From positions 2,440 through 66,439 of the forward strand of contig JAMCZK010000054.1 of the NCBI GenBank assembly GCA_023485685.1: 64,000 bases of DNA. Reading direction: 5' to 3'. Positions 56,454 through 63,950 of this stretch are shown here, piece after piece (position 1 is the stretch's first letter; each line of letters begins with the position of its first letter). The DNA comes from Chloroflexota bacterium (GTDB lineage Bacteria; Chloroflexota; Anaerolineae; Anaerolineales; UBA11579). A model generated the notes under the pieces. It saw only the letters and a list, made by a program, of their open reading frames with translations. It searched no databases and was not told where the DNA came from. A program made the position numbers and the translations under genes.

Positions 56454-57791
56454 ATGGCGTATTTAAGCAAAAAAGGTAGGAGGCCAGCAGAGTGGGCAAG
56501 TAAATCAGCACATGGACATATTATTAAAGATACAACAATCCAAGAATTTCTGAAACACTGCAATCTTCCAAAAAGAGCTGAAGACGTTTCACTGGCAAAT
56601 GATCAATTGATTGACGTTCAAGAAATAACTAACAATCCAATTCAACACGTAATTGCTGTAGACAGCGGATACACAGAAGTCCCCGTGCAGGTAGAGTTTC
56701 CTACAGCGACTATCTGCTTCTTCCAATTTGGCGCGTTAATTTTCAGTCTAGAAGACTTAGATAGTCTGGAACAACAACCATTTATTGATCCTGAAGACAT
56801 GGCAAAGCTCAAAAGGATTCAAAGGCTGAAGTTTACGTTGCCAGTTAGAAACGTCGCATTGCAAGGAGAGGCGAACTTAATTAATAGCGTTAGACGCTCA
56901 GTCTATAATTTCTTCATACAGGATATAGATGGAAGCAATCTAATTACAACTTTAAAATGGCTGGTTTTTGAAGAGTACTCCAAACCATCTTTGGTTTGGC
57001 AATTAGCCAACTGTCCAATTTGCTTCACACCAAGAGTTCAGTTACAAAGGCAGATGATTTCTAAAGACTACACTTTTAAATGCAGCCAATGCGGGGGAGA
57101 AATATTTTTGACAGATGTTTTTCGGTTGCATGAAGCAGTTGACAACGAGCTTGGAGCTGGCGGAATCCTTGGTTATGTCGCCACAGCATTTGAGCAGATC
57201 ATCATAGCTCATCTGATACGCCTTATTCTTGAAACAAAGCCGAACCTCCTAAGCCACGTGCTATTCATAAAGGATGGTCCGCTTGCGTTCTTTGGACAAA
57301 CAGCTAATCTCCACAAGCCGATGAGAGCATTGGTATGTTATTTACTAGATAATCAAAATCTATTTATGGCAGGACTGGAAAAAAGCGGAGGGTTTGTAGA
57401 GCATGCGGACGAAGTGTCACGCGTTTTAAACCCTGGGCAAATTATTCTATTGGATAATGAATATATTTATAAATATATTCTGCCGGGAAAAGCCGATAAC
57501 CAAGATGCTTATGGCAGTACCACGTATTACGCAAACAAAGTGATTTTCAAAACTAAAAGCGAGCGAATGTATGTCATTAACGTGCCTACGAGGGTAATGC
57601 TCCAAGCGCCCAAAGAAAACGATTTTCCTAACCTCCAAACAATTCTTGCAAATGTAGAAAAGTTAAAATGTGATATGTATGACGATGCTCTAATACCAGT
57701 TGCGCTGGTGAACAAATTAGTCTCCCTAGCCAACCATCCAAGTTCAAAGATACTACAGAAATTTGCGATTGGATCTATGGCGAACAAATAG
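56454..57791 (+). CDS. NurA-like nuclease-domain protein with an inserted CxxC...CxxC zinc ribbon
   Basis: 445 aa. Starts 2 nt after the ATPase stop. Acidic/catalytic-type motifs HVIAVDSGYTEV, LFIKDGPLAFFGQ and MAGLEKSGGFVEH resemble NurA D / DG / (G)xxKS motifs. Zinc ribbon CPICFTP...CSQCGGE (57012-57092). Confidence 0.6.
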   Translation: MAYLSKKGRRPAEWASKSAHGHIIKDTTIQEFLKHCNLPKRAEDVSLANDQLIDVQEITNNPIQHVIAVDSGYTEVPVQVEFPTATICFFQFGALIFSLEDLDSLEQQPFIDPEDMAKLKRIQRLKFTLPVRNVALQGEANLINSVRRSVYNFFIQDIDGSNLITTLKWLVFEEYSKPSLVWQLANCPICFTPRVQLQRQMISKDYTFKCSQCGGEIFLTDVFRLHEAVDNELGAGGILGYVATAFEQIIIAHLIRLILETKPNLLSHVLFIKDGPLAFFGQTANLHKPMRALVCYLLDNQNLFMAGLEKSGGFVEHADEVSRVLNPGQIILLDNEYIYKYILPGKADNQDAYGSTTYYANKVIFKTKSERMYVINVPTRVMLQAPKENDFPNLQTILANVEKLKCDMYDDALIPVALVNKLVSLANHPSSKILQKFAIGSMANK

Positions 57792-57818
57792 AATAAAAAA
57801 AACTAGTTTCATTTTCCC

Positions 57819-57836
57819 ATTAACACAGATTTAAGC
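57819..57836 (+). repeat. Right copy of the direct repeat bracketing the operon
   Basis: ATTAACACAGATTTAAGC, 28 nt after the NurA-like stop. See 53284-53303. Confidence 0.65.
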
Positions 57837-57896
57837 TCGATCACTTCGAGGGGCTAGTTTTTCCAGTCATGTTCCAGAGAAATTTTGTTAGTTGAG

Positions 57897-57985
57897 TCAC
57901 TTACTGACCACCATCCCCGCGCCTTCAACATCCGTCACCGGAAACTAAACGGGAAGCAGCGCACACTACTCTAGCGTTGACCAGC
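57897..57985 (-). pseudogene. Decayed duplicate of the 3' end of the beta-propeller gene (58406..)
   Basis: The minus-strand reading gives ...W-STLE*CALLPV*FPVTDVEGAGMVVSK*, against the intact gene end ...WHLETSSPRALLPVWSPITDIPGAGMVENK*. They share TCACTTA and the 13-mer CCACCATCCCCGC. There are two in-frame stops. Confidence 0.7.
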
Positions 57986-58022
57986 ACAGAGGAGCCGAGC
58001 GGTGAACCCAAATCAGGCATTG

Positions 58023-58307
58023 CTATTCAGTTTTAATGCCCAATCGCACCACGGGTTTCATCCTCACATAACCCGGGATAGCACTTATTCCATCACCCTC
58101 TATATGAACGTCTTCTCCAAAACGCAGCCATGGGTTGTTTTCGTAGTTTTCTTTGGACTGAAAAAGAATATATCCATTGGAATCAAATAAAGCACCTGGA
58201 AATCGTTCCAAATAGTGATACCACTTCCCTTCGTGATTGTAGAGCGCATGAGCAGCATTGACTTCCCATTCCTTGTTTAGCTGTTCTCCAGTAATTTGAT
58301 TGCCCAT
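58023..58307 (-). CDS. Hypothetical 94-aa protein in the AT-rich island
   Basis: The ORF has AT-rich composition like the island. GGAGGAAAT precedes the ATG on the minus strand. No catalytic motif recognised (GKWYHYLERFPGALFDSNGYILF...GISAIPGYV). Confidence 0.45.
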   Translation of the reverse strand: MGNQITGEQLNKEWEVNAAHALYNHEGKWYHYLERFPGALFDSNGYILFQSKENYENNPWLRFGEDVHIEGDGISAIPGYVRMKPVVRLGIKTE

Positions 58308-58405
58308 ATTTCCTCCATGGATTTATGGCGGATAATAATTTCACTCAAAATTACTTGTATCACAATTTGATTTTCGGCACCATATTCCACTAGCTTTTTG
58401 ATGGA

Positions 58406-59479
58406 TCACTTATTTTCCACCATCCCCGCCCCTGGAATATCTGTGATAGGAGACCAAACAGGTAATAGTGCGCGGGGACTAGAAGTCTCCAAATGCCATT
58501 GGTTTTCGGGATCTGCAACCTCCAGTATGAAGAGTTGGTAATTCCCCGTGCGCTGCGAATGGAACACGATGTACTTCCCATCCGGCGACCAGGTGGGGTT
58601 GCCGTCTTCGGAGGGGCTATCGGTGAGCTGCCGCAGGCCACTGCCATCCGCGCGCATCAGGTAGATATCCCCTTTGCCGCTGCGCCAGGACTCGAAAACG
58701 ATCCATTCTCCGTCGGGGGAAAACACGGGGCGCCAGTCGAGGCCGGGATCCTCCGTGAGCCGGGTCAGGTTGCTGCCGTCCACATCCATCACGTAGATCT
58801 CCGAGTTGCCATCGCGGCGCGTGGTGAAGGCAATGTGTTCGCCATCGGGCGACCAGTTCGGCTCGTAGTCATGGGCTTCCACGTCGGTGAGCTGCAGAAT
58901 ATCTTTGCCCGGCTCTCCGTTGGCCCCCACTTCGGCAATGAAGAGATCGCGGTTTTTATCGTGCTCTTTCATATATACAATGTACTTGCCATCCGGGGAA
59001 AAGGAGGGATAGCAATCGAATCCGGGCTGCGTGGTGAACTGCCATTGCTCAGGGTCAGGATCGACGGTCACCAGATAGACATCGCGCAACACATCCGAAT
59101 TGGGGATGCCATCGAAGGCGATCAGCTTGCCATCCCAAGACCAGACCGGCGCTTCGGCGAAGGTGTTCGCCAGGCCGCCGGTGAGGTTGTATTCGCCTGT
59201 GCCATCCGGCCGGATCAGCCAGACATCGCGTCTCCCGCCGTCGCTGGCGGTGAATGCAATCCAGCCCATATCGGCAAGCTCCAATGCCTTCTCCGAGGTG
59301 ATCGTGGCGACCGCTTCCGTGCGCTCCGGTGTGACCGTCTCGGCGCCCAGGGTCATTTCGGCGGCCACTTCTGTTTCGTCGCCAGTCACGATGGGCGTTC
59401 CGGCGGGAGCCGCACAGGCGGCAAGGATGAGGGGGAGAAGAATAAAAATGCGGAAATTACGCGTGCTTACCACACCCAC
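58406..59479 (-). CDS. TolB-like / PD40 beta-propeller lipoprotein
   Basis: Repeated PD40-type units (SPDG(K/E)(Y/W/H)I(V/A)F...D(I/V)Y(L/V)(M/V)). Lipobox LILAAC-A. The ORF-track start at 59665 lies inside a repeat element, so the start is placed at GTG 59479 (59473 also possible). Confidence 0.8.
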   Translation of the reverse strand: MGVVSTRNFRIFILLPLILAACAAPAGTPIVTGDETEVAAEMTLGAETVTPERTEAVATITSEKALELADMGWIAFTASDGGRRDVWLIRPDGTGEYNLTGGLANTFAEAPVWSWDGKLIAFDGIPNSDVLRDVYLVTVDPDPEQWQFTTQPGFDCYPSFSPDGKYIVYMKEHDKNRDLFIAEVGANGEPGKDILQLTDVEAHDYEPNWSPDGEHIAFTTRRDGNSEIYVMDVDGSNLTRLTEDPGLDWRPVFSPDGEWIVFESWRSGKGDIYLMRADGSGLRQLTDSPSEDGNPTWSPDGKYIVFHSQRTGNYQLFILEVADPENQWHLETSSPRALLPVWSPITDIPGAGMVENK

Positions 59480-59482
59480 ACC

Positions 59483-59623
59483 GTCATTGCGAGCCAGTAA
59501 GCCTGCTGATAGGCGAGGCGTGACGCCGCGAAGCAATCTCCCGCACTGCTTGCGAACAATGTTGGAGGTTGCTTCGTTCGGCTGCGCCGTTAAAAGCGGC
59601 GCAAACCGCCTCCTCGCAATGAC
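59483..59623. repeat. MITE-like palindromic element with 11-bp perfect terminal inverted repeats
   Basis: GTCATTGCGAG (59483-59493) is the exact reverse complement of CTCGCAATGAC (59613-59623). Internal GCGAAGCAATCTC and AAGCGGCGCAAACCGCCTCC are shared with other copies. Confidence 0.8.
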
Positions 59624-59666
59624 GGGGCTAGTTGGCGGCGATGATGGCCTCGATGGGAAGTGCATC

Positions 59667-60920
59667 TCAATCCTCTATGGGTTCTTCTTCAATCACATCC
59701 TTGGCAAGTTTTGCCAACTGGCCGCGGTCCTCGTCTTCAACATGCGCGGATTTCCAATAAATGTCGAGCAGGTCGTAGGCAGAAAGATCGCTGACGCTCC
59801 GGTCTTCGGGGATGCGCACACGGGCTTGCACCTGTGGGCGTTTCACCAAATGGAATTCGAAGGCATCAGCTGCCGCCTCGCGTAAAACAGTCTCGTCGAT
59901 AAAAGCCTCGAAATCGATGGGATAGTCAATAGTCAACCGAAATATCGCGTCCTTCAATTCAGCCTTCGGCGGAATCGCGCTGAGGAGATCGCTCATCACG
60001 CCGATCTCAGACAAGAGAGCTTTTCTTCGGTCGACAAATGGTCGAATGTGGCTAAGTCTGCGCCATTCGAATTGGGTATCACCTTTTTTCAGCTCTGCGC
60101 TAACGAAGAATTTCTCGTCGTGTGCCTCACCAAAATCAACTCGTTCTATAGATCCCGGATACACAACGGGGGGCTGGTTATTTTCATTTAGGTTTTGCGC
60201 CTTGTGAATATGCCCCAGGGCGACGTAATCGAAACGTTTATCTTTTACCAAGGACGGCGACAACACCAGGTCGCTGCCCAACATCACCGCGCGTTCCCCG
60301 CCATAAATGGCTCCCTGTACCGAGGCGTGAGCCATGAGCACGGTGGGAAGATTGGGATCTACCTTGTTCTCCAAAAACCCTTCCACCAAATCGCCAAGCA
60401 ATCCTTCCAGGTGAGAATAGATTTCTTCGGTTTCAGTTGTCTCGATATTTCCAAAAGCCAGCATTTGCGAACGTGCGACCCATGGCAGCGCGATCACTTG
60501 TAAAGGCAAACCCCACAAATCTTTTGAAGCGTAGAAATCGGGTTTATCCAGAACTTTTACATAAGGCACATCCAAAGTGCTGTATTCTTCCAAGGCGTGA
60601 GCGCGGCCCAGGCTGGGCGATAAGTCATGGTTGCCCACTAAAAGCAACGTGGGAATCTTCGCTTTCGAGAGTCGAATAATCCGCCTGCCCCATTCGCGTT
60701 GAAAAGTGGGTGCGGGATTGCGGTCTTTGTACGCATCCCCGGCGAACAGTACCAGGTCTGCCTTTTCACTAATGGCCGTGTCAACAATTTCATCCAGGGA
60801 CTTGAGAAAATCCATGACCCGCACCGGCAACCCGGATTGCGGATCGTGGCGGCCGTAGTTGGCCATATCGATATGCGCGTCGGCGAAGTGGAGGAGTTTT
60901 AAGGGAACCATGAGCATCAA
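59667..60920 (-). CDS. sbcD: SbcD/Mre11-type DNA repair exonuclease
   Basis: 417 aa. Metallophosphoesterase motifs LLHFADAHID, LFAGDAYKD, LLVGNHD, MAHASVQGA, ALGHIHKAQ. Confidence 0.85.
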   Translation of the reverse strand: MMLMVPLKLLHFADAHIDMANYGRHDPQSGLPVRVMDFLKSLDEIVDTAISEKADLVLFAGDAYKDRNPAPTFQREWGRRIIRLSKAKIPTLLLVGNHDLSPSLGRAHALEEYSTLDVPYVKVLDKPDFYASKDLWGLPLQVIALPWVARSQMLAFGNIETTETEEIYSHLEGLLGDLVEGFLENKVDPNLPTVLMAHASVQGAIYGGERAVMLGSDLVLSPSLVKDKRFDYVALGHIHKAQNLNENNQPPVVYPGSIERVDFGEAHDEKFFVSAELKKGDTQFEWRRLSHIRPFVDRRKALLSEIGVMSDLLSAIPPKAELKDAIFRLTIDYPIDFEAFIDETVLREAAADAFEFHLVKRPQVQARVRIPEDRSVSDLSAYDLLDIYWKSAHVEDEDRGQLAKLAKDVIEEEPIED

Positions 60921-61036
60921 CTATGTAATATTACATCGGAGTATGTCTCGATGTCCGGAAGTCCGGAGGTCATGAAGTCAAATAAAGAGCAGCAACCTCA
61001 AGACTTCTTGGCCTCAAGACTTCCCGACCTCAGCAG

Positions 61037-62422
61037 TTACCCGCTGATTCCCAGGGCTTCCAACTGCTGCCAGCCCGCCCAGAAGTTGGGGTTGATGCGC
61101 ACGGATTCTTGCAGGTCGGCGATGGCGTTATCCGTCTCGCCGAGAGCCAGGCGTGCCAGACCGCGCCAATAGAGGCTTTCTTCGAGAGTAGGTTCACTGA
61201 TGGTTTCGTACAAGGTGTAATTTGCCAGGTCGATCACATCCTGATAGCGGCCGCTGTAATAATAGGCCCAATAAGGCCCAGTTTGATACCACATCATGCG
61301 GTATGGGCGTTCGGCAACATCGTTGGGTAAGCCGGCATAAAGTTGGAATGCATAATCGTAGGCGAAAGCGGCATCGACATACTGGAATAAGCGCACGTGG
61401 CTGCTGCCTACATTGAACCAGGCGAAATACTGATCAAAACCGGACAAGGTGGTTGACTCGGTCTGCGCGATTTCCAAGGCACGTTCATTGGCCCACTGTT
61501 CATCGGCAAACGGACCTAATGCCCTAAGCACATCCTCCAGGCGCTCTTCGGGATATATTACTAAAAACAAATAGTTGAAAGACCGCCATTGATTGATGAA
61601 CTCCTCATACGAAGAGGTAAGGTTCTTGCCGGTGCCATCCTCGCCGGTTTTTAAATACACATCCTGGACGATAAATCGTTCTTGCAGGTCGTCATATCCC
61701 GTCACGAACAAATAATGTCCCAGCCAGGAAATCTTGCCGGACGCGTCACGTTCCGTGTACCCTTTTTCGACCACCACGGGAAAACCAGCGGCAATCAGGC
61801 GTTTGACCCGCTCAATGTCGCCTCCTACGCGCACCACCGCTTGCAAGCCGGGGACCTGGCTGTCTACGAAATCTTCCATTTCGTAGGGCATCACGTTCTT
61901 ATCGGGCTTGCCACGCGCCACCCGATCTAAATTAGGATCATTTAGTCCGGGTTTGACATAGTCCTCCACGTCGCTACGAGTGCCTTCCCAACCCCAATAG
62001 GTCAGGGCCATGGCCAGGGTTGCAGGCCCGCATAAATTCCAACCGCCATATTGATCGATGTACTTAAACCCGGTCAGCGAAATGGAAGGCGGAATAGGAT
62101 CTTCAGTCGGAAACGGCGTCGCTGTGATTGCCAGTGGAGTCCGGGTGGCGGCCGGGGTGAGCGCAGCGGCGGTGGCCGAGGCGACGGCGGCCTGGTTTTC
62201 TTCCGGGATGAAAATGGCTTCCTCGGGCGGATTGAAGAAATAGGTGATCTGGGATCTGAGATCGCTGATGCGCCAAGCCAGGCGATCGTGGACAAAAGGA
62301 ATATTGTAAATGAGGAAAGCCAGTGCAATTAAACCAAGCGCGGCGCCCAACCAGCGGCGCCAGCGATTGGAATGGTTGCGATGAGGAGAGAATCGGCGAA
62401 AAAATGGGTTCTCTTTGTGCAC
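61037..62422 (-). CDS. Membrane-anchored C39-like (papain-fold) peptidase-domain protein with C-terminal TPR
   Basis: 461 aa. N-terminal TM helix (WLGAALGLIALAFLIY). WNLCGPATLAMALTYWGW contains the C39-like catalytic Cys context. C-terminal TPR-like LYWRGLARLALGETDNAIADLQESVRINPNF. Confidence 0.65.
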   Translation of the reverse strand: MHKENPFFRRFSPHRNHSNRWRRWLGAALGLIALAFLIYNIPFVHDRLAWRISDLRSQITYFFNPPEEAIFIPEENQAAVASATAAALTPAATRTPLAITATPFPTEDPIPPSISLTGFKYIDQYGGWNLCGPATLAMALTYWGWEGTRSDVEDYVKPGLNDPNLDRVARGKPDKNVMPYEMEDFVDSQVPGLQAVVRVGGDIERVKRLIAAGFPVVVEKGYTERDASGKISWLGHYLFVTGYDDLQERFIVQDVYLKTGEDGTGKNLTSSYEEFINQWRSFNYLFLVIYPEERLEDVLRALGPFADEQWANERALEIAQTESTTLSGFDQYFAWFNVGSSHVRLFQYVDAAFAYDYAFQLYAGLPNDVAERPYRMMWYQTGPYWAYYYSGRYQDVIDLANYTLYETISEPTLEESLYWRGLARLALGETDNAIADLQESVRINPNFWAGWQQLEALGISG

Positions 62423-62519
62423 GTCGCGCGGATTATATCATCCGCGAAATTAAAGTCTCATAAAGACTTCTGGCCCTTATAATCCTTAGAACCAAAAATC
62501 TTAGCCAATCGAGACCCCT

Positions 62520-63950
62520 TTGCCAAATCCTGACGCAGACGAACCCAAAAATTCCCTCCCGGAAACCGGACTTTCCTCCCTTTCAACAAAAATCCAGGCT
62601 GCCGCTAAACGGGCGAATTGGTCGGAACTTAGCCCCGTGCAGGCAGGCGCAATTCCACTTCTACTCGCCGGGCGTGACCTGATGGTTCAAGCTCGCACCG
62701 GAAGCGGCAAGACGGGAGCCTTCCTGCTCCCCATGCTGGAATTATTGGACACATCCCACATGCAAGTGCAGGCTTTGGTGCTGGTACCTACGCGTGAGTT
62801 GGCCGTCCAAGTCACCAAAGACGCAGGCGTCCTGTTTGCCGGCAGCGGGCTGGAGGCCCTGCCCGTATACGGAGGCGTGGGCTACCGTCCACAAATCGAA
62901 GGCTTTAAGCGCGGCGCTCAGGTCGTGGTAGGAACTCCCGGGCGGATCCTAGATCATCTTTTGAAGCGCAACCTTTCGCTCGACACACTCAAGGTCTTAG
63001 TGTTTGATGAAGCCGACCGTATGCTATCGATGGGCTTCTATCCGGATATGCTGGAATTGCAAAGCTATTTACCAAAGCGGATCCACGGCAGTATGTTTTC
63101 GGCCACATTCCCAATTAATGTGCAACGCCTAGCCCAGCGGTTTTTACAGCAGCCCGAATTCCTCAGTCTCAGCCGCGACCACGTACACGTTACAGACGTG
63201 GAGCATATCCTAATGCCTGTACCACGTATGGATAAAGATCGTGCCCTGGTGCGGTTACTTGAAGTAGACAATCCCCCGCAAGCGTTGATTTTTTGCAATA
63301 CAAAATCGCGCGTGAATTACGTAACCGCCGTGCTGCAGCGTTTCGGGTTTAATGTCGCCGAACTAAGTTCGGAGCTTTCGCAAAATTCCCGCGAAGCAGT
63401 GCTTGCCCGCTTGAAAGACGGTTCGTTGCAATTCCTGGTCGCCACCGACGTGGCTGCCCGCGGCATCGATGTTCCGGAGCTTTCCCACGTCATTCTCTAC
63501 GAGCCACCCGAAGATCCGGAACTCTACATCCATCGAGCCGGCCGCACAGGGCGCGCCGGGGCTGGTGGAGTAGCCATCAGTCTGATCACCAGTTTGGAAC
63601 GACGCGATCTCAACAAAATCGCCTCGATCTATCAGATCGAATTTATCGAGCGCGCCGCTCCCAGTGATGAGGATGTTGCCACGATCGTCTCCGAACGGTT
63701 AACCGCTCAGCTTGAAGCGCAATTGCGCAGCCGCGACAAACTGCAAGTAGAGCGGATGCAACGTTTCCTTCCTCTCGCTAGGCAATTCGCGGAAACCGAA
63801 GAGGAGTTGGCGTTACTGGCCATGCTGCTCGATGACAGCTATCATGCGGTTGCACACATAGCCAGCCCGGCGCCTGAGAAGGCCCAGCCATCCCGTGGCA
63901 GGGGCGGCTTGGAGCGCAGATCAAATCGCAGCGGGCGCCGGCGCCGATAA
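62520..63950 (+). CDS. DEAD-box ATP-dependent RNA helicase
   Basis: 476 aa, apparently a TTG start. Motifs ARTGSGKT, PTRELA, VFDEADRML, SAT, HRAGRTGRAG. Basic C-terminal tail. Confidence 0.9.
   Translation: MPNPDADEPKNSLPETGLSSLSTKIQAAAKRANWSELSPVQAGAIPLLLAGRDLMVQARTGSGKTGAFLLPMLELLDTSHMQVQALVLVPTRELAVQVTKDAGVLFAGSGLEALPVYGGVGYRPQIEGFKRGAQVVVGTPGRILDHLLKRNLSLDTLKVLVFDEADRMLSMGFYPDMLELQSYLPKRIHGSMFSATFPINVQRLAQRFLQQPEFLSLSRDHVHVTDVEHILMPVPRMDKDRALVRLLEVDNPPQALIFCNTKSRVNYVTAVLQRFGFNVAELSSELSQNSREAVLARLKDGSLQFLVATDVAARGIDVPELSHVILYEPPEDPELYIHRAGRTGRAGAGGVAISLITSLERRDLNKIASIYQIEFIERAAPSDEDVATIVSERLTAQLEAQLRSRDKLQVERMQRFLPLARQFAETEEELALLAMLLDDSYHAVAHIASPAPEKAQPSRGRGGLERRSNRSGRRRR

Noticed and set aside
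52850-58405. A tRNA gene, integrase or transposase marking the island as an intact integrative element or prophage.
   Set aside because: Reading both strands, I found no cloverleaf-like tRNA sequence (no GTTCGAATC-type T-arm) and no ORF with integrase or transposase motifs. Only scars (direct repeats and a duplicated gene end) are visible.
59480-59665. An N-terminal 62-aa extension of the PD40 protein (track start 59665).
   Set aside because: The region is the 59483-59623 repeat element. The lipoprotein signal peptide begins right after it, so a GTG start at 59479 or 59473 is more plausible.
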